Shown: piece after piece, positions 46,675 through 56,337 of the stretch
Layout of the letters: every line of letters starts with the position of its first letter
How positions within the stretch are numbered: the stretch's first letter is position 1
IMG/VR virus record: IMGVR_UViG_3300010158_000045
Span: 25,398 to 89,397 of that record
Direction: 5' to 3' (one strand)
From: a virus
Length of the DNA stretch: 64,000 bases
Made by a program: the position numbers and the translations under genes
The notes under the pieces: generated by a model
Databases searched by the model: none
The model's input: the letters and a program-made list of their open reading frames with translations, nothing else
What the model was told of the DNA's origin: nothing

Positions 46675-48928
46675 GTTCTGCTGTATCTACCATCAGTAAT
46701 GGAGTCTTAGGCAACTTAGGTTTAGCCGCCAATGAAATTTTACCTTCTTGGACAGTAATAGTTAACCAACCACCATTCTTAAGATCTCCGAACAACATCA
46801 TTTTTGCCAAAGGACGTTTAATTTCTTTGTCGATAACACGTTGTAGCGGACGAGCACCCATCTTTTTATCAAAGCCGTTGTCGATTAACCAGTTGGTAGC
46901 TTCTTTATCAATCTTGATACGGATACCTTTTTCTTTAACTTGGTCACGCATCTCGTCAATAAACTTATCTACTACCTTAACAACAGTTTCTTTACCAAGT
47001 TTGTTGAATGTAATAACGGCATCTAAACGATTACGGAACTCTGGTGCAAAGAATTTCTTAAGTTCTTTATCGCTGTAGTCTTTTTCTTGACTACCAAAGC
47101 CGATATTGTTCTTTTCAGCGTCCTGCGCACCAGCATTGGTTGTAAGAATTAGCACAATGTTACGACAGTCAGCACGTTTGCCGTTTGAACCAGTAATAAA
47201 ACCATTATCCATCATTTGCAACAATACTGTGCTGACATCTGGATGACTCTTTTCAACTTCGTCAAACAACAGAACAGCATTGGGATTCTCTTGAATCTGT
47301 GTAATCAGCAAGCCTGCATTTTCTTCAAAGCCAACATAACCTGGAGGGCTACCGATCAGTTTACTGATGCTGTGCTTTTCTTGATATTCACTCATATCAA
47401 AACGTAACAACTTGGTACCTAAGTGTTTAGCCAGACTTTTGGCCGTTTCAGTCTTACCGCAACCAGTCGGGCCCATGAATACAAAACTACCAACGGGCTT
47501 GTTCTCTGGTTTAAGTCCAGCTTGAGCAACGATAATTTTGTCTACAATTTCTTCAATAGCATTATCTTGACCAAACACATCGGCATTCACGTTATCTTGC
47601 AGTTTGGCAATGCTTGAACTTTCACTTTCCATGATTTGCTCTTCGGGCATAGCAACCATCTTAGCAAGCTCATATTGAATTTCACGTTCTCCAATAACAC
47701 GATCATCTGCCATCTTTAAGTTAAAGCGACTACATGCTACGTCGATTAGGTCAATAGCCTTATCTGGTAGTTTCTTATCAGCTTGATATTTAACGCTTAA
47801 CTTAATAGCCGCTTGTAGTGCATCATTACGAATCTTGACATTGTGGAATGACTCGTAATACTTCTTAATACCTTGCAAGATACTGTAAGTCATTTCTTGA
47901 GTAGGCTCGTCAACAGTAATGCGTTGAAAACGACGCATCAGCGCACGATCCTTTTCAAAGTGCTTGCGATATTCTTCCCAAGTAGTACTGGCCACAACTT
48001 TAATGTTGCCTTTGCTTAGAGCAGGTTTCATCATGTTAGCGAGATCATTAGCTGAATTACCAGCAGATCCTGCGCCAGAGATCATATGTGCCTCGTCGAT
48101 GAACAGCACAGTCTTACCTTTCTTCTGCAGAGCTTTGATAACATGTTTAAAACGTTCTTCAAAGTCTCCGCGGTACTTACTGCCAGCCAACATGGCACTA
48201 ATATCCAAACTGTATACTTTGTATTCTTTTAGGAAATCTGGAACAGCACCCTTGACGATATTATAAGCAAGTCCCTCTGCTATAGCAGTCTTACCTACAC
48301 CAGGATCTCCTACAAGAATCACGTTGTTCTTACTGCGACGACCTAAGGCCAAACTAATATTTTCAAGTTCGTCAATACGTCCAATAACAGGATCAATTTT
48401 GTTCTTAGTAACTTGATCGTTAAGATTAGTAGTAAATGCCGCAAGTGCTCTAGTTAGTGTATTGCTTTCAGGAGCTTCGTCGTCTGAAACTTCTTCAACG
48501 CTGTTGTTGATAAAGTCGGCAAATTTATCGCGGTCAATGCCAGCTTGCTGAATATAAAAATGAGCCCAACTGCGTTTTTCACCCATCATGGCAATAAACA
48601 CATCTGTACTTTCTATACGTTGACGTCCGTTAAACAACACCTGGGTAAATGCACGATTAAGCACACGTTCTACACTTTGTGTCTTGCGAGGTTTGACCAC
48701 AACATCTTGGACTACTATTTCACCGCAGTTATTGTTCAAATAAGTAGTGAGATTTTTTTTAAGATCGTCGGCATTGGATCCAAAGTTTTTAATACATTCT
48801 TTAAAGTTATCTTCTGATAGCATTGCTAATAGAATATGCTCTATGGTCAGGTATTCGTGATGTAGTTTTTTTGCAGTTTCAATTGCTTTTTCAAATACTG
48901 CTTGTAGGTTATCACTTGGTTCAACCAT
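46655..48928 (-). CDS. clpA: ATP-dependent Clp protease ATP-binding subunit ClpA
   Basis: Clp-N HEYLTIEH, Walker A GDPGVGKT and GPTGCGKT, KYRGDFE and GYVG pore loops, IGF loop, GARPL; no ClpB coiled coil. Confidence 0.93.
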   Translation of the reverse strand: MVEPSDNLQAVFEKAIETAKKLHHEYLTIEHILLAMLSEDNFKECIKNFGSNADDLKKNLTTYLNNNCGEIVVQDVVVKPRKTQSVERVLNRAFTQVLFNGRQRIESTDVFIAMMGEKRSWAHFYIQQAGIDRDKFADFINNSVEEVSDDEAPESNTLTRALAAFTTNLNDQVTKNKIDPVIGRIDELENISLALGRRSKNNVILVGDPGVGKTAIAEGLAYNIVKGAVPDFLKEYKVYSLDISAMLAGSKYRGDFEERFKHVIKALQKKGKTVLFIDEAHMISGAGSAGNSANDLANMMKPALSKGNIKVVASTTWEEYRKHFEKDRALMRRFQRITVDEPTQEMTYSILQGIKKYYESFHNVKIRNDALQAAIKLSVKYQADKKLPDKAIDLIDVACSRFNLKMADDRVIGEREIQYELAKMVAMPEEQIMESESSSIAKLQDNVNADVFGQDNAIEEIVDKIIVAQAGLKPENKPVGSFVFMGPTGCGKTETAKSLAKHLGTKLLRFDMSEYQEKHSISKLIGSPPGYVGFEENAGLLITQIQENPNAVLLFDEVEKSHPDVSTVLLQMMDNGFITGSNGKRADCRNIVLILTTNAGAQDAEKNNIGFGSQEKDYSDKELKKFFAPEFRNRLDAVITFNKLGKETVVKVVDKFIDEMRDQVKEKGIRIKIDKEATNWLIDNGFDKKMGARPLQRVIDKEIKRPLAKMMLFGDLKNGGWLTITVQEGKISLAAKPKLPKTPLLMVDTAEHAVQGN

Positions 48929-49419
48929 TACTTTCTTCCCTTTTTCTTTAATAATTTCTTTTTAGCTAGTGCTAGTTTTAATGGACTAATATGTTCTGTA
49001 AAACAAATACCATCCAAATGGTCTAGTTCATGTTGAAAACATCTTGAATCTATTCCAGTTAGTTCTATTATACGCTTATTTCCTTGTCTGTCAAGGTATC
49101 CGACAGTAATATTATTATGACGTGGAACTTTTAAAAATAATTCCGGAAAGCTCAAACATCCTTCATTATCTTCAACCATGTCGTTGTCTCCATGTAAGAT
49201 ATACGGGTTGAACATGCAAAAAGGAACTTGGTCTTTAAGATGTATGGCAAACACTCTTTTGAGTAATCCCACTTGGTTTCCCGCAAGACCAATACCTTTA
49301 CTTTCAATCATAAGTTGAACCATGTCAACTTCGACTTCTTTTGCATTTAAGTCTGTTTCAAAATTCCAATCTACAGCTTTTTGTTTAAGTATAGGATCAG
49401 GAAATTTTACTAATTTCAT
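48928..49419 (-). CDS. def: Peptide deformylase
   Basis: GIGLAGNQVG, EGCLSFP, QHELDHLDG. Confidence 0.95.
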   Translation of the reverse strand: MKLVKFPDPILKQKAVDWNFETDLNAKEVEVDMVQLMIESKGIGLAGNQVGLLKRVFAIHLKDQVPFCMFNPYILHGDNDMVEDNEGCLSFPELFLKVPRHNNITVGYLDRQGNKRIIELTGIDSRCFQHELDHLDGICFTEHISPLKLALAKKKLLKKKGRK

Positions 49420-50260
49420 CGTTTATCTGACGTAGTTTTGCCACGAGAGCTGGATCTTCTATAGAAGGTGCTTTAATATTAATTACACTAACAAACCTAC
49501 CCCTGCCGCCATGGTTTACATTTTGAAATCCATTACCAGCACTGGCAAATTCTACTCCGGATTCCACTCCAGGGCGTATATCTAAATCAAGTTTAGTTCC
49601 ATTGATAATTTTAACAGTTTTTTTGCAACCTATCATTGCTTCAATAGGATTGATATGTACCGTTGTATACAAGTCGTCGCCTTGACGTTTGTAATTTTGA
49701 TCTGGCAATACTACTATAGTAACATTAAGATTACCTCGCGGCGCACCAGGCATACTATCGTCGCCTAACTCGCCATAGCGAATAGTTTCACCGTGCTGTA
49801 TACCAGCCGGCACATTAATAACTACAGTTTGAGTCCGACCACTTGGTAATTTATAATTTGCTTCAAGCTGTTTTCCAACATAAGAATCTAGTAATGTGAT
49901 CTGACATTGAATATTTAAATCTCGATTGCGTCGCATTTGACCTCGATGTCCGCCAAATATGTCCGCAAATGGATGACCTTGTGGAAAAGGGCTTCCGCCT
50001 CCGAACATATTGCCAAACGGATCAAATGGATTGCCAGTATTGAAGTGGAATTGCTGTCCACCGTATTGTCGCTGATGGTCGTATTCAGCTTTCTTTTGTG
50101 GATCGCTTAGGTTGTCGTATGCAACACTAATATCTTTGAACTTGGCTTGATCACCACCCTTATCTGGATGATGTTTATTAGCCAAAGTTCGGTATGCTTT
50201 TTTAATTTCGTCCGGGCTAGCATTTTCGTTAATGCCTAGTGTTTGGTAATAATCAGTCAT
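49397..50260 (-). CDS. DnaJ-class co-chaperone (class II/CbpA-like)
   Basis: J domain with HPD, G/F region, C-terminal domain; no Zn finger. Confidence 0.9.
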   Translation of the reverse strand: MTDYYQTLGINENASPDEIKKAYRTLANKHHPDKGGDQAKFKDISVAYDNLSDPQKKAEYDHQRQYGGQQFHFNTGNPFDPFGNMFGGGSPFPQGHPFADIFGGHRGQMRRNRDLNIQCQITLLDSYVGKQLEANYKLPSGRTQTVVINVPAGIQHGETIRYGELGDDSMPGAPRGNLNVTIVVLPDQNYKRQGDDLYTTVHINPIEAMIGCKKTVKIINGTKLDLDIRPGVESGVEFASAGNGFQNVNHGGRGRFVSVINIKAPSIEDPALVAKLRQINDEISKIS

Positions 50261-50266
50261 AGTCGT

Positions 50267-50320
50267 AAAAAAGGCTCCGTTAATAATAGTAATTATACTA
50301 TCTTAAGCGGAGCCTGTCAA
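50267..50320 (-). promoter_or_regulatory. Overlapping terminator-like hairpin and sigma70 promoter TTGACA-17-TATAAT
   Basis: AGGCTCCG/CGGAGCCT inverted repeat followed by T6 on the minus strand; -35 at 50315-50320, -10 at 50292-50297. Confidence 0.65.
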
Positions 50321-50329
50321 GTATTTGGA

Positions 50330-50563
50330 TTACTTTTTCTTGTCTGGAACTGCTTCGCCTTCGACTTTCTTGTGAACTTTGATTTTTTTACAATCTTCGG
50401 CTTGCTTGCCAGTTTTCTTATCCATTACTGCCTTGCCTGCTTTGTCCACTTTTGGTGTGCAAACTTCTTTAGTCTCTCCACCTGCATAAGCCATGCCAGT
50501 AGTAGCTACTAGGCAAACTGAATAAATGCCTACAATATATAATGCCGCTAATAATTTTTTCAT
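50330..50563 (-). CDS. Small secreted/periplasmic protein
   Basis: MKK-hydrophobic-AYA signal peptide; Lys-rich mature part with two Cys. Confidence 0.65.
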   Translation of the reverse strand: MKKLLAALYIVGIYSVCLVATTGMAYAGGETKEVCTPKVDKAGKAVMDKKTGKQAEDCKKIKVHKKVEGEAVPDKKK

Positions 50564-50573
50564 TTTAATTTCC

Positions 50574-51083
50574 TTATATTGCTGGTTGGCCAAAATCTGG
50601 CACAATCTTTTTACCACTTGCAGTTGTGTCTACGGTTGGTGTTGTCCCCCAACTTGCTGGCGGCGTAAAGCTACTTGCTGTGTTCCCGCCAAGTGGTGCT
50701 GACCCAAAACCTGTGCTGGGGGAACTGAATCCTCCTGTTGTAGGTGGGCTAAATGCTGGAGCCCCGCTCGCAAATCCTGTTGTTGGTGCCGGTACTTGTG
50801 CTCCGCCATTGTTTGCTCCGTTTAGTTTTTCTTGTGTACGACCAAATGCCGCGATACCTAACACTGCACCCATTGCAATGTGGAATAAACCAGCACCTTG
50901 CAAGGTCAATGGATTCCATTGTGTAATTTGTGTATGGGTAAATGTTTGTAATAGGCTCCATAAGATTGGAAATACAATCATGTCCATGGTACAGACTAGC
51001 ATATACATCCAGCCCATCATTGGACGCCACTTGGAATTCATCCAATCTTCTTTTTTTGATTCGCTTGTCACTTGGTCTGCCAT
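50574..51083 (-). CDS. Putative holin (3TM-holin-like)
   Basis: WRPMMGWMY, hydrophobic helices, GAVLGIAAFGRTQEK; within the lysis cassette. Confidence 0.7.
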   Translation of the reverse strand: MADQVTSESKKEDWMNSKWRPMMGWMYMLVCTMDMIVFPILWSLLQTFTHTQITQWNPLTLQGAGLFHIAMGAVLGIAAFGRTQEKLNGANNGGAQVPAPTTGFASGAPAFSPPTTGGFSSPSTGFGSAPLGGNTASSFTPPASWGTTPTVDTTASGKKIVPDFGQPAI

Positions 51084-51113
51084 AGTTCGCTCCTGTTGGC
51101 TTAATAGTAGTAT

Positions 51114-51374
51114 TTATTTGATACTGTCAAATATCTTTTTCTGGCTGTTATACCAGTCAATCCAGCTGTCTACGCTGTCCTTACAAGCATAATATTGCCC
51201 GTAATTGTCAACAACTACCGGCAAAACCTCGCTCAACTTGGTAGTTTCCGCTGTTTGTTTCAAATCAGGGCATGCTACTAACATATCTTTAGGAACATCT
51301 GGAAATTTTACAGTTACTGGTACTGTGGTGCAACCTGTAATTAACAATGCAGTTACTATAATAAGGTGTTTCAT
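51114..51374 (-). CDS. o-spanin (Rz1-like lipoprotein)
   Basis: Lipobox LITGC, Pro-rich, Cys pair; follows the i-spanin. Confidence 0.75.
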   Translation of the reverse strand: MKHLIIVTALLITGCTTVPVTVKFPDVPKDMLVACPDLKQTAETTKLSEVLPVVVDNYGQYYACKDSVDSWIDWYNSQKKIFDSIK

Positions 51375-51859
51375 TTTTTAACCTCCTCAATAGTAACACT
51401 TCCTTTTTTCATAGGATTTTTAGCGGCATCGTTTAGATCTTTAATTACTTCTGGAGCAACTTTACATTCTGCGTCAATAATCTGTGCTTCTTTAACAATA
51501 CGCTCTTTAACGGTAGTAATGTATTCTTTTCTGATAATTGCTTTCTTTTTACGCTCTTGCTCCAATTTAGTATTAACTTGCTGGCTTTCAGCCTCAGCTT
51601 TGGCAACTTTTGCTTGAGCTTCTTCTACCTTAGCTCGCCAGCGCATTTCAGTGTCGTATCCGCCACGTAACCATACACCCAACACAAGTAATACTACACC
51701 AACGGGTTTTAAAAACCTCACGTAATTGCCATAAAAAGGAATCCATCGCCCTAGCCAACTGGCCGCAATTCCACTAATACCTACAGCAATAATTAACCAA
51801 TACAACCAGTTGAGTATTGCGTCCGGAATCAGACTAATTATCCACTGAATCTGACCCAT
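51371..51859 (-). CDS. i-spanin (Rz-like)
   Basis: N-terminal TM helices, coiled coil, C-terminal Cys; next to endolysin. Confidence 0.7.
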   Translation of the reverse strand: MGQIQWIISLIPDAILNWLYWLIIAVGISGIAASWLGRWIPFYGNYVRFLKPVGVVLLVLGVWLRGGYDTEMRWRAKVEEAQAKVAKAEAESQQVNTKLEQERKKKAIIRKEYITTVKERIVKEAQIIDAECKVAPEVIKDLNDAAKNPMKKGSVTIEEVKK

Positions 51860-51862
51860 ACA

Positions 51863-52492
51863 TTATCCTTGTAGAATGTGTAATGCGTGAGTATAATGGT
51901 TTTGACGATCTTCTAAGCCCAATGTCCCGCCGTTAATACGTTTGGTCATTGTTAGGATGTCGCCACTGTCTGCGTATTGATTTAAATTGTTGGCTTCCCA
52001 AAACCAAGCGGCACTTTGTACGCAACCTTCGAATGTAGTTAAGTGTTCGCTTGCTTCGTCTAGCGTTTGCTCTGTGCTTGCGGCATAACGGCTATAGTTG
52101 TCTTTACCAGTTAACTGAATAAGTCCGCGTCCACAAAACTTCCAACCATCGCCTGACTCTTCTGGGCCGTTGCCCATGCGATTAGCGTATGCTCTATTGG
52201 CAATTTTTTCTGGTTGTTGTGCATAGGCATTGGCAACATCCATGTTAGGAAAATAACGTGGCCATACTTTACAAAGACTTGCGGCTTTGTAATTTAAATT
52301 TTCTTTAATTGCTTTAAAGCCGCCTGACTCGTGTGCGCACTGTGCTAAGAAGGCCGCAACACGTGGCACTGTATCGATGTCATAGTCTGGAAGTATTTCG
52401 CATAACGCTTCAAACCAATGTTCAGCATAAGGGTTTTTACCAATAATTGCTTCGAACTTTGCTTGTGTAAAATCAAATTTAAAATCGCTCAT
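51863..52492 (-). CDS. Endolysin, glycoside hydrolase family 19
   Basis: AAFLAQCAHESGGF, ENLNY, GRGLIQLTGKDNY, TKRINGG; start MSDFKF. Confidence 0.9.
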   Translation of the reverse strand: MSDFKFDFTQAKFEAIIGKNPYAEHWFEALCEILPDYDIDTVPRVAAFLAQCAHESGGFKAIKENLNYKAASLCKVWPRYFPNMDVANAYAQQPEKIANRAYANRMGNGPEESGDGWKFCGRGLIQLTGKDNYSRYAASTEQTLDEASEHLTTFEGCVQSAAWFWEANNLNQYADSGDILTMTKRINGGTLGLEDRQNHYTHALHILQG

Positions 52493-52493
52493 C

Positions 52494-53225
52494 TTATTTC
52501 CTTTCAAGGGCAACTGCCCAGCCATTATTTTCAAATATAAATGTATTACTAATTTTATTAATATTGTAATTCCCAATGACCTTAGTTAAAAACATAACTT
52601 CGGCCATATCTTTGCTTTCTAAAACAATTGGGCCTTTAATGCTGTCGTATACTTTGTTTTTATTACCACTGGCTACAATATCAAAAGTCACTGTTCCACT
52701 ATAAGGTCTAGTAAAACTAATGCTTTCATCTATAAGTTTAATTTCGTCAGCATAGCTATTCTTAAAAAACTCTTGGAAATTATCCATAGTGTTTCGTTTA
52801 GTAGCAAGTTCGTAAGAATCTTTATCTTGTGGAACTGCTATATTAATATTTTCAATATTAGCTTCTTGGCTTTTAAAATTTTTAAAATATCTAAATCGCA
52901 TGTGATCAAGATTAGCTAATTTTTTAACACCTTCTAATATTTCTAATATTTGTTCAGCAATATGTCTGCCGCGCTCTAATTCTACAAATACAAAATAACT
53001 TCCGTCATCAGTTTCGCCTGCTGTACAATCTGCATCTAGTACAAAACTATATCCCATTTCAATAAAATTTTCAAGATCCTTAGCGGCATCTTCGTGTTTG
53101 ACTTCAAAACTTACAACAACGACTTGATCGTCATCCCCAATTTTACTTTTAAACGCATCGATGCCAAATACTTTTTTAACCAAGTATTCAAGATCTCCAG
53201 CACGTAAACTTTCTGTTAATTGCAT
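52494..53225 (-). CDS. Hypothetical protein
   Basis: 243 aa; MQLTESL N-terminus. Confidence 0.65.
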   Translation of the reverse strand: MQLTESLRAGDLEYLVKKVFGIDAFKSKIGDDDQVVVVSFEVKHEDAAKDLENFIEMGYSFVLDADCTAGETDDGSYFVFVELERGRHIAEQILEILEGVKKLANLDHMRFRYFKNFKSQEANIENINIAVPQDKDSYELATKRNTMDNFQEFFKNSYADEIKLIDESISFTRPYSGTVTFDIVASGNKNKVYDSIKGPIVLESKDMAEVMFLTKVIGNYNINKISNTFIFENNGWAVALERK

Positions 53226-53233
53226 GTTAATCC

Positions 53234-53821
53234 TTAAACTGGAGCTGGTGCTGGAGCACCACCGGGCGGAGCAGTCATTCCTGGTGTCGGCGCAGGGCCT
53301 GCTCCCGGAGTCATACCTGGTGCAGTTGGTGCCGGTGCGCCTGCGGCATTGGCGGCCACAGCAGACTTAGGTGCTTCTGCTGTTTTGCCTTCATTTTTCA
53401 TCTTGTCCATATAACCTTTGTAGATATCAAATGCAATCTTTTTAGGCATTTGGATTTCTACAATCCAAATAGGATGACGGTCTAAACGACCTTTTTTGCT
53501 GTTAGGACGAATGTCTTCTGCTGTACGAATTTTGCGCGGCTCTATTAAGTGACTCTTTTGATAACTGATTTTGCAACCTAATTCCATTAGACGCTTACCA
53601 GCAGTGGGGTCAGGCATTTTATTTTGCGGCCACATAAACCCAGCTGTGATCCAATGACGATCCACACGTGGTCCATAAGCTAATTCGCCTTCTTCCCAGT
53701 TTTCGTACACATACGTATCCATCTCGTCTAACACACGTTCAAAGTCTTTAAGCACAGCCAGACTACTGTTGTTTTCGTATAAATCTTGTATGTTCTGTAT
53801 TACGTCTAAAATATCATGCAT
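53234..53821 (-). CDS. Hypothetical protein with Pro/Ala-rich tail
   Basis: 195 aa; TAAATA upstream. Confidence 0.65.
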   Translation of the reverse strand: MHDILDVIQNIQDLYENNSSLAVLKDFERVLDEMDTYVYENWEEGELAYGPRVDRHWITAGFMWPQNKMPDPTAGKRLMELGCKISYQKSHLIEPRKIRTAEDIRPNSKKGRLDRHPIWIVEIQMPKKIAFDIYKGYMDKMKNEGKTAEAPKSAVAANAAGAPAPTAPGMTPGAGPAPTPGMTAPPGGAPAPAPV

Positions 53822-53982
53822 GTTGGGTTCCAGAAACTTGTATACTTATTTAGCTGGTTTGAAACGATAACATAACAGTTTATTATTCTGTGTATTCGTT
53901 AAATAATAGTGTAGGACCTCTGTAGTTATCAGGGCGGTCACTGCAAGTCTTACTTTAACCAGTAAAGTAGGAGCTAAACTAG

Positions 53983-54702
53983 ATGAGTAAACAACGAGTG
54001 AAAAAGCGTTTTACATCAGAAGTTAATATCATTGATTTCCAGCCGTATCTTCCGGCAAAAAAGCAACGTGTTAATATTAATGCACGTAATGCTAATCAGA
54101 AACTTTATCTTAGCAAATTATACGAAGAATCCACTAGCATAGTACTTGCTATCGGACCTGCCGGCACGGGTAAAACCATGCTAGCCGTACAGTTTGGTAT
54201 TAAATTGTTTCAGGAAGGCAAAGTTGACAGAATCGTGGTAACAAGACCCGCCGTGTCCGTAGATGAGGATTTAGGCTTCTTACCAGGTGACTTGAATGAA
54301 AAGATGGCACCTTGGACAAGACCTATATTCGATGTCTTGGGCGAATATTATCAAAAGAAAGAAATAGCCAACATGTTGGAGGAAGGTGTTATTGAAATAA
54401 GTCCACTTGCTTATATGCGCGGCCGCACATTTAAAAATGCTTATATCGTCGCTGACGAAATGCAAAATGCCACAGTTAATCAAATGAAAATGCTACTAAC
54501 CCGTTTAGGAGAGGGCTCTAAGATGGTAGTGACAGGAGATCTAGCTCAAGCAGATAGAATAAACGACAATGGGTTAATTGATTTTTGTAACCTAATTGCC
54601 AAAAAAGAATATTTAGAGCACATTGATATTATTCAATTTGATGCTCGTGACATCGAACGCCATAATGCCGTGAAGGAGGTGTTAGCGGTTTATGGAGAAT
54701 AA
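53983..54702 (+). CDS. phoH: PhoH-like ATPase
   Basis: GPAGTGKT, TRPAV, LGFLPG, AYMRGRTF, DEMQN, LTRLG, GDLAQAD. Confidence 0.95.
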   Translation: MSKQRVKKRFTSEVNIIDFQPYLPAKKQRVNINARNANQKLYLSKLYEESTSIVLAIGPAGTGKTMLAVQFGIKLFQEGKVDRIVVTRPAVSVDEDLGFLPGDLNEKMAPWTRPIFDVLGEYYQKKEIANMLEEGVIEISPLAYMRGRTFKNAYIVADEMQNATVNQMKMLLTRLGEGSKMVVTGDLAQADRINDNGLIDFCNLIAKKEYLEHIDIIQFDARDIERHNAVKEVLAVYGE

Positions 54703-54727
54703 AGCGGCAACGCTTTAGATAGTCATT

Positions 54728-54753
54728 AAAAAGGGCCTTTGCGGCCCTTTTTT
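54728..54753. terminator. Bidirectional Rho-independent terminator
   Basis: AAAAAGGGCC tttgc GGCCCTTTTTT between convergent phoH and clamp-loader genes. Confidence 0.8.
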
Positions 54754-54754
54754 A

Positions 54755-55675
54755 TTAGGATAAATGACCTAGTCGGATCAGTGTTGCCGCCAGATTAATT
54801 TCTGGATCTGCAACAAACGTATGGTCTACTAGACCTTGTTTAATGATCAAGACAGCTTTGTCTTGTGTAGCTTCTTCGCCAAACAATGTGATATTATCAT
54901 ACAACCAGCGATAGATATCCTCCATTTCATCTGGACGAGCACGACCGCATAACAATTTCCTAGCATCGGAAATCTTACCTGCTTTAAACAATTCAACCAT
55001 TTCGACTTTATAATCGCTTACTCCACTGTCGCTGGTCTGCGGACTCATCAGTTTGCCTTCCATACTGTGTTGTTGTAACAGATTAATACACTTACGCAAA
55101 TCCGGATATACGCTTTTAACATAAGTATCTAAGGTATCTAGATCAAACTCAATATTTTCTTCTACTAGAATAGTAGCCGCCCGAGCTGTATATTCAGTTT
55201 GGTCAATGCTGGCAAAATGCATTTGTTGACAACGACTGTGTAGTGCTGGCACAATCCTGTTAGGAGTGTTGCAAGTTAAGATAAATCTACTGTGATCACT
55301 GTATTCTTCCATGACGCCTTTAAGTGCGTCTTGTGCTTCCGGACTAAGTCGATCAGCTTCGTCTAATAACACAACCTTAAATGGGCCAAACGGAATCATT
55401 TGCACAAAGTTAGTAATCTTTTCTCTAACAACTTCGCGAATACCAGTATCACGACTAGCATTAACTTCCAAAATATCAAAGTCTGGAATACCTAGTTCTT
55501 GCATCAGAACTTTAGCTAGAGTAGTTTTGCCAATGCCTGGGCTACCGCTTAACAATAAATGTGGAATACTGCCATCTTTAATCCATGATTTAATTTGTTT
55601 CTTTTGGCCTTCGTCCCTAAACACATAGTCGTCTAGTGTCTTCGGACGATATTTTTCTACCCATAACTGCTTCAT
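54755..55675 (-). CDS. Clamp loader ATPase subunit (gp44/RFC-like)
   Basis: WVEKYRP, GSPGIGKT, NASRD, LLDEAD, SRC motifs. Confidence 0.92.
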   Translation of the reverse strand: MKQLWVEKYRPKTLDDYVFRDEGQKKQIKSWIKDGSIPHLLLSGSPGIGKTTLAKVLMQELGIPDFDILEVNASRDTGIREVVREKITNFVQMIPFGPFKVVLLDEADRLSPEAQDALKGVMEEYSDHSRFILTCNTPNRIVPALHSRCQQMHFASIDQTEYTARAATILVEENIEFDLDTLDTYVKSVYPDLRKCINLLQQHSMEGKLMSPQTSDSGVSDYKVEMVELFKAGKISDARKLLCGRARPDEMEDIYRWLYDNITLFGEEATQDKAVLIIKQGLVDHTFVADPEINLAATLIRLGHLS

Positions 55676-56046
55676 TCTGTATCCTTAACAAACTGTTTCA
55701 AATTCGGCGGAGTCCAACCAACTGGTTTTAGTACTTTCCCGTCTTCACGCTTACGAACCTTGCCGGTCTCTTTATCAATCTTAGCAAAGTTTGTATTCAT
55801 TACTTCCTTCCAGCCGCCTTCTGAATCTGCGCCCATACTATGCATGGCACCAATACATACTACTACAATGTCTAGTAGTGCGTCAAGTGTTTCGACCCTG
55901 TCCTTGTGATTAAGTGCTAGGACCAGTTCTTTACATTCTTCTTCAATCAATTTAAGATACATGTTAAATTGATCTTCATTCCAATCACCTACTGTTTGAT
56001 CGCAGGCTTTCATAAATTTTTCTTGATCGCGAAAAGGATTTGTCAT
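55672..56046 (-). CDS. MazG-like NTP pyrophosphohydrolase
   Basis: LIEEECKEL, DALLDI, NFAK, REDGKVLKP. Confidence 0.8.
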   Translation of the reverse strand: MTNPFRDQEKFMKACDQTVGDWNEDQFNMYLKLIEEECKELVLALNHKDRVETLDALLDIVVVCIGAMHSMGADSEGGWKEVMNTNFAKIDKETGKVRKREDGKVLKPVGWTPPNLKQFVKDTE

Positions 56047-56273
56047 TATAGTATGTCCGGTGTAAGTTTTTTAATTTGATCTCGATTTTTTGAAATAGTG
56101 TCAACCATATTGTGATAGTCGAGTTCGTCTAAGGCAGTTCGATAAATGCTTAAGGCCTGTGTCATCATAATAGCGGCTACAGCCATAGCACCATGTTGTT
56201 CCATCATCATGGAAGCAAATTCTAATTGCCTGTGGTAAAGTTCATCCATCTCTGGATCATTGTAATTTAACAT
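56046..56273 (-). CDS. Hypothetical protein
   Basis: 75 aa ORF. Confidence 0.5.
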   Translation of the reverse strand: MLNYNDPEMDELYHRQLEFASMMMEQHGAMAVAAIMMTQALSIYRTALDELDYHNMVDTISKNRDQIKKLTPDIL

Positions 56274-56282
56274 ATAGTTTAT

Positions 56283-56321
56283 ATTGTACAGGTGAAAACA
56301 GGACTAGTCAATAGTCCTGTT
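56283..56321 (-). promoter_or_regulatory. Terminator-like hairpin whose loop holds the -35 of promoter TTGACT-17-TACAAT
   Basis: AACAGGACTA/TAGTCCTGTT stem; -35 at 56306-56311, -10 at 56283-56288. Confidence 0.55.
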
Positions 56322-56337
56322 ACTCGAAGTGAGTGTA

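Noticed and set aside
50626-51192. 188-aa + strand ORF
   Set aside because: Antisense shadow of the holin/o-spanin genes; no RBS or recognisable motif.
53240-53360. GC-rich quasi-repeats
   Set aside because: Explained by a Pro/Ala/Gly low-complexity protein tail; not a CRISPR array or DNA repeat element.
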